DNA from: Octopus bimaculoides
Taxonomy: Eukaryota
NCBI RefSeq assembly: GCF_001194135.2
Contig: NC_068990.1
Location: 52,604,756 to 52,668,755 of the forward strand
DNA: 64,000 nt
Reading direction: 5' to 3'
Of this stretch, positions 51,200-64,000 are shown piece after piece. The position numbers were made by a program, and so were the translations under genes. Numbering within the stretch: the first letter of the stretch is position 1; every line of letters starts with the position of its first letter. The notes beneath the pieces are model-generated. The model ran no database searches and was not told where the DNA came from. It worked only from the letters and a program-made list of their open reading frames with translations.

Positions 51200-52200
51200 A
51201 ATTTAATCCTGATATATAATTCCCATCATAATCGATGACTTCCTTCCATCTAGTCATCAGTTTTTTAAAATTCCATTGGTGAAAAACTCATTTGGTTTTG
51301 ATGAGAAAGAAGAGAAGTCAGTTTCAACCTCTTTGGGCCTTTGGAGTACTAATCCATCTAAATGATTCTTTAGGCTTCAAAATATATGGTAATCAGGAGT
51401 GAGGTTGAGGGAATAAGGCAGGTGAGAGATTTTTTCCTAGCCAAGTTCTCGATTTTTTTCTGATGTAATTTGTGCATTATCATGATGAAACCCCACACCC
51501 TTATGATTCACCAATACAGGCTTTTTCCCCTCAGAGCAGCATCCAAATGCTCTAATTGTTAGTAATAGGTGTGGGCAGTAATTGTTGCGTTAGCTGGTAG
51601 CAGCTCAAAGTGGAGGACTCCAGTACAATCCTGCGAAACAAAGAATCATTTTTGCATGGTGTCCTTTTTTAGGTTGTGACTTGGCTTGTACTCTACAACT
51701 AAGACATTGCCTGAATTGCTTAACATTTTCATAAAAAATCTATTTTTCATCAACAGTCACTAATCTGTCCAAAAATGGTGCAATACGTTCACGAGAGCGA
51801 AGAGATGAGCGTATGTCCACTCGTGATTCTTAGTTGGCTTCCGTCAAACCATGGGGAACCCATTTTCTGAGTTTGGGCACCTTTCCAAGCTGCTGAAGAT
51901 GCCAGTGAACAGTTGAATGGTTTGAATTGAGCTTGCTTGCGAATTCTTCAACTGACACAGCATTATCCTTCTGAAGCTCTGACAAAAGAAGCTAATCCTC
52001 AAATTCAACAGGGCGTTGTATTTGTGGCCTCTCTCTTAGGCTGAAATCACCATTTTTGAACTCTGCAAAACATCTGCAACTTCTTTCATTGTAGAAATAG
52101 ATATTTTAGATTGTTTCTGCAGCACTGTTTCCCTTTTTGAACTTGCATTATGTGCCTTAAATGCTCCTTCAATACGTTCATCTTTGAGGGGTTAATATTA
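51200..52200 (-). mobile_element. Degenerate mariner-like element
   Basis: On -: FHHDNA and HLPYSLNL.PDYHIF (HPPYSPDL.P.DYHLF-like). Confidence 0.55.
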
Positions 52201-53399
52201 GTAATTAATTCAGTCAGATTATTCTGTAAAAAGAAATTATGCTAATTAAAAGGCTTCTAAATTCATGAGTATCAATCAATACCATTTGACATTTCGGACA
52301 TTATTAATGGGATGACTTGATATATGAAGGGGTTGTAACATGGTCATATGAGATATCACCGTATAAAAGGGATCTATTAAGAGTGCTGAACTAATGCCCT
52401 TAAGGGCAATAAGTGAGATTTTGTGAAAGAGGAAGTTACTCAACAAATCATAGGGACAATAATCAATGAGTTTAGTGTTAAGAAACTGCTGGAGGAGGTC
52501 CCACCTTCTAGTAAACCTAATAAAGTAGGTTTACCCTGAAATATTTTCTATCTGGCAAGAGCAGCAGTAGCCATCATATCCAACACAGAACTTGTGACTT
52601 GCTGCTACATCTGGCTAAACAACGAACAGCTACTTTGTTCTTTGATAACACATGCAAACCTGCATGTACAAGTGACCCTACAATAGCTCTTTGGTCTGCA
52701 ATTTGCACACCAGAATCCAAGTCCTATCAGAAGTTCAAAAAATTAAAAAAAGTCGGAGAGAGATACCATTACAGAATGGCCCTACATGTACATAAAATTA
52801 TGGTGATGCCATAAATTTTTGAGAAGTAAATAATTTTTTAGTTGGTGGTTGAATTATGTAGAGATGGAGGTATGGATACGCATTCATCCAAACCTTCCAG
52901 AGAAGATATATTTCCATCTTTCCAAGTAATTTTCAAAATTGCCAACAATAAACAGTATTTCAAAATGACAACCACAAAAAGTACATTTTTTTGCATTTCT
53001 AAAATCATCTTTCCAAAGAAAGATGTAGCTCCTAGATATAAATATTCTGTAATGCATGAGAGGCCTGGAAATTAGAATTGTGGAACCAAAACAACTGTCA
53101 AAAAATTCCTATAATCACTGGAAAGTTAGTCATTTACATGTATTGAAGAGAACCAAATTAGGAAATATGGAATATGTTTCATGAAATTCAATTTTCAGTT
53201 ATACATCCATACTCCTTTAAGGGCAAATAACAACTATATCCCACCCCTTCATCTATTTAGTTATTTCCCTTGTCTCCAATTATCCCAATATAGCTCTCTA
53301 TGACAATAATTGTCTGAGTGTTTGTGACTTTAAATCATTTCCAATTGCACCCATTAGGTAAGGCCTAGACACTTTTTCTGTTTTCCAAAAGTATGAAAT

Positions 53400-54290
53400 A
53401 CTAATCTCGTCATGGTTTCTATGGCTGGATCACTTTCCTAACATCAATCATTTTATGGAGTGTACTGGGTGCCTCTAATGTGGCACCAGCACCCATGAGC
53501 CCACAGAACAGGGATCTCTCAGCTGACAGAGGAACATGCCTGTATGTATAGAAGGACATAATTTTATTTAGCTTGACAGGTCTCCTCAGGCACAGTAAAT
53601 TTCCAGAAATCTCAGTCCCTTGTCATCTTTTCAGTGAGGCTAAGCATCTGAAGATCCTTTCTCAGCACTTTGTCCTGTCTTCCTGGGTCTACTCCTTCCA
53701 TATGTTCCCTCTACAGTTAGAGATCGGTACTTCTTTATGCAGCTGTACTCATCCATAACATCACATGATCATACCAGTGCAGTCTTCTCTCTTGCACACC
53801 AATCTGGTGCTTCGTATACCCAATTTTTCTGTCAAATCACACTTTGTCATACATGCACACTGACATTATCCATTGAGTGGAGCATGCTGGACTCATTTCT
53901 TTTAAGCCTTCGTATGTCCTCTGTAGTCACAGCTCATGTCTCACTACCATGTAGCATAGCTGTTTGTACACAGGCATCATACAATCTGCCTTTCACTCTG
54001 AGAGAGAGGCCATTTGTTACCAACAAAGGTAGCAGCTCTCTAATCTTTGCACAGCCCATTCTTATTCTACCAACTACATTCACAGAGCTTTCTCCTCCAC
54101 AACTAACTTGGCCACCTAGATAATGGAAACTATCTACAACTTCTAAGGACATTTCAGGGAGTCCATTTTCTGCACATTCCTAGTGTTTATTGTACCTGCA
54201 TATCTGCCACACACAAAGACAACTTTCTCTGTTAATCTTCCTGTGATACTGCTGCACCTATTATGTATCCATAGTTTGCACTGGGTACAT
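53400..54290 (-). mobile_element. RTE LINE 3' fragment
   Basis: LEVVDSFHYLGGQV...LRVKGRLYDACVQTAMLHGSET; PHD remnant at about 54180-54290. Confidence 0.88.
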
Positions 54291-56188
54291 TGTATATGTA
54301 TTTTTTTCATTCATTTCAGCTATGAAGCTCTTGTCATGATAAAGGATTTTGTAACTGAACCATAAATATTATGGCATTACATCTGATACAGTATGTATGT
54401 ATATACACTCCAGATAAAGATAATAGTGGTCATGGTAATGTCTGCGTAGAGGATCAATTGGAGCTGAACTTAAATGTTATGCACCATCAATAAGTAAATC
54501 TGATAATGTTTATGTGGCATACATTCCTAATCCAAACTGTTTAACCATCAATTTTTGACCTATGTCAGACCATTAGTTAAATGTAGCATTGAATAATGGC
54601 CATCCATCATTCCAAGAGTTAAAAAATAACACCTAACTACACTTTTTGCATATAAACTATAGACGAAGTGAATTTCAATCAAGTGGTTTGAGTAAAGAAG
54701 AGATAAGTTTATAAAACTTGCTTCCTGGCTGCTACAGAGGATAACAAAAAAATACAAAACAAAGAATGTATTGTAGTAAGTTAAATTAGTGCAATCATGT
54801 GCACGTGCCAGTCCTAATCTTGCCTGTCTGCCTGATCATCCCTGTTCTAAGTCATCTCTTTCAGTTTCCATTATGATCCATATCTATGTTATACATCTAT
54901 TTGACTCATTTTCTTGTCTGTTACTAGAACCTTCATGTCAATCTTTTGTCTATGTGATATCAATATTTCTATGTCTATTGATACCTCTCCCTCTTTTACT
55001 ACCAATATTTCATTGTCTCCAACAAGTCACAGAAACAATAGCACTCCCACCCACCGGCCATTCAATCAACTTCATTACTAGAAATTTTAATTCCTTTTAC
55101 AGTTTTAGCAACATAAAATTGCAAAAATAGAAATATCACTCCCACTACCACCAAAAAAAAAAAATGCATATTTTATGTAGGAGGGACTTCATTTTTGCTG
55201 GAAGTGATGTCTTTACAAAAGGGAGGTGTTGTTGATAAGTAACATTCAAGTTATAGGTGTTGTAGTAGTAGTAAGGAGAAAAGGCTGAATCTGATATGTG
55301 GGGCTTATAAAATATTTTTGGAAGACATATAGTGGTTTACAGAATATTAAGGACAGTGATTTCTAAAGGAAGAGCTAATAGGTGAAGAGATGTAAAATAT
55401 GGAACCATTGTCAGGTATACGTGATAATCATAGCCAACTACTGTAAAATATTTAATCAATACCACTGTACCATCTTCGACTAACAAGCAAAGAATAAAGA
55501 TTCATGAAAAAAATGCTTTCAACTGAAGAGTTAATTAGAAGCTCAGCTTTTGTAAGGTCGTGACAGAGTGAGAGGGTTCAAAGAATTGCTAGATAAAGTA
55601 GATTCTGGTCAGTTGTGCTTCAGTAAAAAATACAATGTTGAGGTAACTGAGTAAATATTTGAAAGCAGTCCGCTAAGTCCAGCATTTAACCATTGCAAAG
55701 CTGCATCAATCATCCGTGTTCCATGCTGGCATCAGTCAAATGGCTTCACAGGATCCTATGAGTCCAAGGATTGCATCCTACTTCAATGTCTACTTTGGCA
55801 TGGTTTCTATGGCTGGATGCCCTTCCTTATACCAACTATAGAGTGTGTACTGGGTGTTATTTTCATGCTACCAGCACTAGTGAGGCTACCACACAGTTTG
55901 CTAGATTACGAGACCTAAGAGAAGGGGCCAGAGAAGAACAGATTTCTTGGTGTAGAAGGGCCACATAGCTACTCACATTTTAGAAGAGAAAAATAGAAGT
56001 GATAGAGTTTTTCTTTTTATGTGGATCTTCAAGGTATGAAGCAAGTATAAGTATCTGCAAGAATGAATGTGAACATATCAGAGGTTATGTGCACTAGCAG
56101 AGAAATGTGAATACATGTCATGGTAATATAGATTTGTCAAATGACAAGCAACACTGAAATCTTAAATGTATTGAAAAGGATAACTTAC

Positions 56189-56431
56189 GGTTGAAAAGGA
56201 TCCTTCCCCAATAACTTTTCCAAATATGAAATCATTGGGGGTCTTCTTGCCAGATGGCCTCTTGGCAAGGGTGGTGGGTGGGTCTACAGAGTGGTCCTTG
56301 GACATTCGAGTTGGCCCAGCAGAGACTAGTGGAATTGGTGCTTGAGCTGTAGTCGGGGGATACACCTTGGTTTTTGGTTTAGAACAAACACTGTTGGTTG
56401 TTTGGGATCTCTGTGACACCAGGCTAACGGA
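56189..56431 (-). CDS. PDPK1: PDK1 kinase: exon with low-complexity N-terminal region and Gly-rich loop (SVSLVSQRSQ...KKTPNDFIFGKVIGEGSFST)
   Basis: On -: tttaactttAG acceptor, GTAAGT donor at 56188; 243 nt open frame; DFxFGKxxGEGSFST is the PDK1 subdomain I signature. An upstream start exon was not identified. Confidence 0.9.
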
Positions 56432-56595
56432 CTAAAGTTAAATATATATATATATATATACAGATATATAAGTAAAACAATTTCAGATTTATATAGATTT
56501 ATTTTAATAAAAACATTTTAAATATTAACAATTTACTTCAAATTTCATCTTTGTAAGATCATCAAACCCCTCAGCTGATTTATACAAGGGAGATG

Positions 56596-56644
<49 letters not shown>

Positions 56645-58659
56645 GCATGAATGTCATTTCCACTTCATACAAAATCAGCTGAGCTGGAAAAAAAAACACC
56701 TCAAAATTGATGTCTTGCTTACATTCCCTGTAAACCATGTTTTGTAGCAATATGTTTTTGAAGTTTAATGGAATGAAAAATCCTTTACTTGAAAAACAAT
56801 TAAGGGTTGGTGATCAAAAGAACCAAGCTGTGAAATGTTTCACATAAGTACTTGTTCAACTGGTACCAGCATGGAAAAATAGATGTTAAAGGAACAAGTT
56901 GGATGGCATTTGAAAAAGAGATTAGTTACTATTTGTAGCAGGTTGAGTGATGTTGTAGGAAGTTTGCATATTGGTTCCTCTAACAGATAATAGTGTGGAA
57001 GCTGTTTATTCTGGTAATTTAAGAAACATTTTTCTATGATGATCATAAAATTGACTATTTTGGAGTTTGGGTAGTCTAATTTTACCCCTGTTGGAAAATT
57101 ATGGCAGATCACTAGGAGAGAAATAAATTGCAGAACCTGTAAAAATCTTTGGCACAAAACAAATTTTGAGGGAAAGAATGTAGACAATTTCATTAATCCA
57201 GTATTTAACTGGTATTTACTTTATCAATCAGAATGTTAAAATGCATGAACCAAGTGCTGCTAGTTTTTAAATTTAGTTCTAAAAATTTTTTATAGAATTC
57301 AGAGCCAGCACTGGAAGTTAAAATGTTTCATAAACAAATACATCCATGTAGCAGGTGCAGGTTCTCAATTCTATAGAAAATCTATAGAGACAAATTTAAA
57401 AGTGAAAATACTACGTTTCTAACATAAGGAAAGATAATATTGACTTGTAAACCTGTAATATAAACTGATAGTACATTATAATTGCAAAATAAAATTAATA
57501 AAATTAATTGCCAGCAATTAATAAGTACTGCAGGTATATGTGATACTATTCTTTATGGCAATCCTGTGTTAACAATTTAAAAACGTGTTAGAAGCATTAA
57601 TTATTTTTAAAAATGGTTATCAGTATACAAAAAAATTTTTTAATATATATTATTAGCATATTTAATGTTAGAAACAGAGTCAAGACTATTGAAAAATTGC
57701 AAGACGCAACGAAAATAAAAATAAGAAATAAGTGGAAATTTTACCGGTGAGTGTGTTAAATTTTAAGGCACAATAAGAAAATGACTCTCCCCAGACACAA
57801 CAGAATAATGCTAGAAACAATTTAGCGGTAAATAATATTGGGGTTATAACCCAAAATATGTTTGGCAATGCAGTATGTAGTTACTATGAAAGGTTTTGTA
57901 ATGTTCATAATTAGGGAGGGTGTCTCATTTATGTGTAGTGATTGTGTGAATGCAACTGTTAAAGTTGTCCCTAATTGAGACGTTTTTAAAGGTCTTTGTT
58001 CACGGAAAGGGTTAATTTCTTCTAGGACTCATCATCATTTAATATCTGTTTTCCATAGTGGCATGACCCAAGAAAATTATGATCCTCTGGATCTATTGGA
58101 TTAAAGTTGATTTATTTTTGGAGCTCTGATTATGTAGGTAATGTACTGTAAGATGGTAGTAATAATTAAAGTAGAGGTAGGTAACAGAAAATTAAGGTCA
58201 TACACTATAACATGGGTGAAACCAGTGTGAAGTATGGAGGATGGATCTATCTCAAATTATCCAGTTGCTTATCCCTGCTCCCACCAGAAGTAATTTTCAG
58301 AAAGAATTAAAAAAATGCAAGGCACATCTATTCTCTAACATTCACATCCATTCCAATAGTCTATAAAAGAACAAAAAAAAAAATGAAATTTCAACAATCC
58401 AAACTTTTGGTCGAACTGCTGCAACTGCATATTAACTAGCGGTATCACCACTGCATTCAGTTTTGCTAACAAAGAAAACTAATTAAACATTAAAACACTA
58501 ATGATAGACTGACACAAAGAGGTTGGTGGGAGGAAAAACCAGATATGAATACACACACACAAACACATAGAGCCTACATCAGCACAGCTGTTTAAATTGT
58601 TTACATTTCTGTACATACAAACTTTTAAAACCTAATAAACAAAGATGCAATACCAACTG

Positions 58660-58707
<48 letters not shown>

Positions 58708-58789
58708 TANNNNNNNNNNTATATATATATACATACATACATATATATATATACATACATACATACATACATACATACATACATACATA

Positions 58790-60021
58790 CAGGGGTTGGA
58801 CAAAATAATGGAAACACCTAGCATCATGATTTTGAAATATCTATAAAACCGTCAAAAGCTTGTTACTTTTATGTTTTTGGATTTATTATTAGTGTTGCTT
58901 AATATGTTTCACTAAAATTGCTGTTTCTTTTCAGATATCAGAAAAAGGTCATAAAAAATCATTAAAATGATAGATCTATAGGACTTTCAAAGAGGTCAAA
59001 TTGTTATTGCTTGTATGGCAGGCGCTAGCCTAACGAAAACAGCCGAAATGTTTGGTGTATCAAGAAGTACTGTCTCGAAAGTAATGATAGCCTTTGAGAA
59101 AGAGGAAAAAACCTTGTCGAAACAAAACTCTAGAAGAAAACTGAAACTTTCAGATAGGGACCATCAGACTTTTACGCAGATTGTTAGAAAGGATCACAAA
59201 AGTACAGCTCCCAATATTACTGCAGAACTAATGACCACCTCGAGAACCCAGTTTCCACAAAAACTGTTTGCCAGGAGCTGCACAAAGCTGGATTTCACGG
59301 AAAGGCTGCAACCAGAAAAACCACTACTTTTAAAAACAAACGTTGCAAAGCATTTAGAGTGGAGTAAAAACCTAGTCCCTAGAGCAGTGGAAGAATGTTA
59401 TTTTCTCGAATGAGTCATCTTTTTTGTTATTTCCACCACCAGCTGAGTAAACATGTGGAAACAGTCAAAAGAAGCATTTGACTCAGACTGCCTTCTTCCA
59501 ACTGTTAAACACGGAGGAGGATCTGCGATGATCTGGGGGCTATATCTTGGCAATCTGCCAGCCCAATTGGTTTCCCTTCATGGCAGAAATAATAGTCATG
59601 GCTATTTAAGCATTTTATCTGATCAAATTTATCCTACGGTTGTGGAACTGTTTCTGGAGGGTAACACAATCTTTCAGGATGATAATGCACCAATTCACAC
59701 AGGTAAGGTTGTTACTGAATGGCACGAGCAACATGCTAGTGAAGTTGAGCATCTTATCTGGTTACCACAGCCTCCAAATCTCAATATTATGGAACATTTA
59801 TGGTGCAAGGAGTCAATATCCTCCACCATCATCACTACAAGAACTGGAGACTGTTTTAGCTGAGGAATGGACAAAAATTCCTTTGGAAACAATTCAAACT
59901 TTGTAGGAGTCCATACCTCACAGAATTCAAGCTGTAATTACTGCCAAAGATGGTCCTACTCCATATTAAAAGAAATATGTTTGAAATTTTAAGGTGTTTC
60001 CATTATTTTGTTCAACCCCTG
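58790..60021 (+). mobile_element. Tc1-like (DD34E) transposon, near full length, defective
   Basis: 30-bp TIRs caggggttggacaaaataatggaaacacct (1 mismatch), TA on both sides; VKHGGGS..IWG, FQDDNAPIHT, W..Q.PNLNIMEHLW. Confidence 0.93.
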
Positions 60022-60051
60022 TATGTATGTATGTATGTATGTATGTATGTA

Positions 60052-60124
<73 letters not shown>

Positions 60125-60126
<2 letters not shown>

Positions 60127-60294
60127 CATCATTGTCTAATGTCCGCTTTCCATGCTAGCATGGGTTGGACGATTTGACTGAGGACTGGCAAGCTAGAAGG
60201 CTGCACCAGGCTCCAATCTGATCTGGCAGAGTTTCTACAGCTGGATGCCCTTCCAAATGCCAACCACTCCGAGAGTGTAGTGGGTGCTTTTACG

Positions 60295-60298
<4 letters not shown>
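60125..60298 (-). mobile_element. RTE 3'-UTR-only insertion
   Basis: catcatcatt...ccgctttccatgctagcatgggttggacgatttgactgagg; near-identical to 12349-12540. Confidence 0.88.
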
Positions 60299-60332
<34 letters not shown>

Positions 60333-62924
60333 CTTTTTTCTGTCGAAATGCTAACTGACCAAAAAAAGACAAGATTCAACCAAATCAAAAAATAAACCAT
60401 CCCACTTCCATTGCATGCACACATGCAAACACACACACACATACCCCCTTTTACATAAACACACATATTCACAGGGTTGAAATGCTGTTTGATTTATTTT
60501 TTCAGCATACAATTTTCATCATCCCACTACCAAGTATGGCATCACCCCTTCCTTTCTCATTTACACAAGAGTATTATTATAGTAGATTATCTCGGTAACC
60601 ATGGGAGCTATGAAAAAATACAAAACCCAGCATCACCACCAGATCATTCTACACATCTGTGTAATTTTTCGCGCAATTCCACGCAGCCGTTTGACTACGA
60701 ATCCCAAGACAAGAAAGAATTGCCCATGTCAAATTTATATCTATAGATACATACTCAGTAATCAGTTTTAAGAACTCTATTTAGGTGAATATATTTGCTA
60801 AAAATGTCTTGATTTCAATGGAATGTTACAGAGCACAGAAACAGCAGCTGTTAGTGCATGGCAATGAAAAAAAATCAACTAGTCAAAATGAATTGTGGAG
60901 TGAGAGTAACTAAGTTGTTATGACCAGCATGCATAAATATATACACACTTTTACAGGGAAAAGGTTGATAGTAACTTAGAAATTCCATCTGCCATCTGTT
61001 TGATGTTAAATTGCTTTTATACAATATAAAATACACACACACACTTGATAAACATTATAATTAGCTGTCTGTGTCCACCCTGCCACTCTGATTTCCTCTC
61101 ATTCATATAAATTTTATTTTATTTTCTCTCTATTCTGTATCATTAGTGCAGAAAGTTTCCTGCTGGGTTATCATTCAGCCACTACCTATTCTAAATTCAA
61201 TACCCACTAGAGTCAACTGAATTTAAAAAATACATTTACTGTTATTTATTGGACTACAGAGTGTGTGTGGTGGTGGTGTGTGTCCATTGATTTAAGAAAC
61301 AGTCAATAACTACCAAAAATATCATCAAAACTCATGAGTAATATAATTAAGTAATAAGAGATGACAATTAAGTAAACAGATTCTTGATGGTATTCAAAAC
61401 TCAAGGCCTCATTCTACACAATTTACATCCCAATAGAACTGGCATTGTCTAGTATCATTCCATAGTTTATAAGAACTGAAGTTATTTAAACAAGCCAAAT
61501 ACCTAACCAAATACCCCTTGCTCTAATAACCAACTCCCAACTCCTTTTTTAATTACTATTTGGAACAGATTTTTCTGCTCTTTGAAATATTCTTATATTT
61601 CGCCCCGTCATCAACAGCCACAATGCTTCATCTTCCATCAGAAAATACAGAGGTATCTTCAAAAGTAGAGTTCTCTTATCTAGAAATCTGACTTATGAGA
61701 GTTTATTTATCAGTTAATGAGTTGATAGTAGCTATACCTACTCTTCTATTACGCCACATATTTAAAAAATTTGGGAGGTCAATTTCAAAAACTAAATACG
61801 TATCTTAATTATCTGTATTACTTTTCAAACCAATAACCATTTTCATACCAAGTCTATCTTTACTGAATAGTTAACACAACAAAGGTTAAGATTATTAGTT
61901 TTTTAAAAACATTTTAATGTCAGTTTTTCCTTTTAACTCTTGATACCAAATTGCCTTCGAACACTCCTAGTTCTATGATACAAGATTCCTGTTTAAAAGT
62001 GATCTAAATTGAAACCTTCCATAAAAATTTCATCTTAACCTGTGTTCCAAGTACCAGCTTAATAAAGTTATTTTATTAAATTCTTTATTTTCAAAACTAA
62101 CTCAAATATGTAACAAAAGGGTTAAGAGTATTCAGGGACAGACTGAGATAACCCAAGTGAAAATAATGATGATGCTACTAGCTCTTCATTTGCTCCTTAA
62201 TGTAACAAGAATACTACTGGAGAAGTGTGCAGATAGTGGAAGAAAGACAGAAAGGATAGTGATAGATGGATAACTAAGGAACAAGTGGTTTCATTGACAA
62301 ATCAATAAGAACTGGAAAGTGGTTATGGAATCAGAGAAAATTATTCACAAGTTCCATTTATTCAACCGTTTATGTTGCTTACCAAATGTAAGAATAACAA
62401 AATTAAGTGCTTGTAAGAAAGCAAGTGTTATAATAGGAACTGACAGTTGGTGTCTTTAAGGTTTACTATTACAATAGAATTTTATACCTTATGTGCCTGT
62501 ATATAGTGTTTGAGAGAGAAAAACAAACAGTGAAGTAAACAAAGAGCAGGTTGCCATAGCAACATATACATCAGGATTGAGTGTAGGGAGGTAATGGTGA
62601 TAGACTGGTAAATGTGTAGAAAGGAAGAGAAGGTTAATATAAAAAGTAAAGATGAAAGGAAGAATCTGTTGGATAAATGTGGGAAGTGGTAAAAATGATA
62701 AGGAATAATGAAGAAAAACTGTACATGCATGGGTGTGTGTCACCCATGAAGCTAGTTTCTGCTCAACTTCACGACACTGTCATGCATTAATAAATGTGTA
62801 CAAAAAACTAGATTGTCTGCATTTTGGGATTACAGAAGATCCTTGGTGTCTATGGAATTTCCTGAGACCCTTGGCAGTTGGTGCATATTGTATGTCATTT
62901 TCGTTAAAAAAAAGGCTCAGATAA

Positions 62925-63135
62925 GGTGGTGAGCTGGCAGAATCATTAGCATGCCAGACAAAATACTTAAAGGCATTTCATATACCTTTATGTTCTGAGT
63001 TCAAATTCTGCCAAGATTAACTATGTCTTTCATCCGTTCAGGTTTGATAAAATAACAGTAATATACTGGAGTCAGTATAACGAGGCTTACCACCTCCCGG
63101 AAATTCCTGGCCTTGTGCCAAAATTTGAAACCAAT
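62925..63135 (+). mobile_element. tRNA-derived SINE
   Basis: ggtggtgagctggcagaatcattagc...ttctgagttcaaattctgcc...tttcatcc...ggccttgtgcc; same family as 17490-17675. Confidence 0.75.
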
Positions 63136-64000
63136 ATAGGGCCCAGAGTTTCAACATCTATTTGGAGTAAAACAGAATGCAAGATGAAGTAATTTGATGG
63201 TCAACAAGTAACCATAAGTGGAGCGATTATTATAATAAGTTAACACCTTGGTATCTTCATGGTTGTTAAACGCTCTATTTCCAATGTAGACAGAGTCAAG
63301 GAATAAACATTTTCTTTCATATTCAGAAAGGTGAGAAAAATAAAAGCATTCATTCATACCATTAATATAGACTATGTTGCTCGCTGCTAGAGTGACTGGG
63401 ATTTTTATTGAGGTGCTAAGCAAAAGTTTCCAACCTTTTCACTAGCAAGGACCTCTCATATAAGTTAGCTTCTACCCCAAAGGCCATGGATTCAAAAATG
63501 TGGTGTTATGGTCTTCTAAATTCAGTTTAGTGAGAAACTGATTAATGCACAATGTTTGGTCACCTTAGCAACATTTTAAAAAGGATATTTCCCTATAAAT
63601 TAGAAATTAAGAGTAACAATAAACATGCAATATAATTAGAAGCCAAGAAGTTTCAGGGTGGTCACAGACAATTTTCAGGAAGTGTTCTCTTTCCTTTTCT
63701 TTCTCTAATATTAGTAATTAGGTACAGGAACACAAGCAGTACCAGCAGGCTGAATACATTCATGTGTGTGCACAGTGTATTCAATATTTAATGAGAGATT
63801 AGTCTTAAACATTTACTTTGGGAAATTTAGCCAGACAGAAAGCTGCACTTAATATAGTTGAATGTAAACAACAATGTGCTGAATACTAGAAATCAAATCA
63901 TTCCTTCAGCCAAATGGGGAAAATGTGACACAAAGCTGATAAAGCAAAAGGGATATCACCTTGTGAAACTGTAATTGAAAGTCGCTGCTGCATGCAGCCT

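Noticed and set aside
52540-52620. YLARAA resembling the PDK1 VYLAKE exon
   Set aside because: Wrong strand; the true exon is at 51095-51137.
56432-64000. PDPK1 first exon/promoter
   Set aside because: No ATG-plus-donor candidate or CpG-rich promoter could be supported; the mildly CpG-containing patch near 60660-60710 is insufficient.

Overview
Repeat-rich, AT-rich eukaryotic genomic DNA from a draft assembly with 11 N-gaps. It is most likely from an octopus/coleoid cephalopod, inferred from the RTE LINE with (GAT)n tail, the tRNA-derived SINEs and the microsatellite style. Two intron-containing genes face each other. (1) Mitochondrial ATP synthase subunit d (ATP5PD/ATP5H) on +: last four coding exons at 5526-5622, 7841-7918, 16504-16566 and 28278-28433, with AATAAA at 28512; its N-terminal exon(s) were not found and probably lie upstream. 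(2) PDK1 kinase (PDPK1) on -: six in-frame exons from 56431 down to 39283, covering the N-terminal region and kinase subdomains I-VIII. The PDPK1 intron at 42648-47218 has full U12 (minor spliceosome) signals. I found no exons for the C-terminal half of PDPK1 (end of kinase domain, PH domain), so either ATP5PD is nested in a very long PDPK1 intron or the assembly is gapped or mis-joined. Introns are filled with decayed mobile elements: many RTE LINE copies (with a C4HC3 PHD-type finger inside the RT domain), two Helitrons, mariner/Tc1 elements, a Ty3/Gypsy relic, SINEs, near-perfect palindromes and microsatellites. Almost all ORFs in the supplied track are TE fragments or microsatellite/N-gap artefacts. 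Exon and TIR boundaries were read base by base; boundaries of decayed TEs are approximate.
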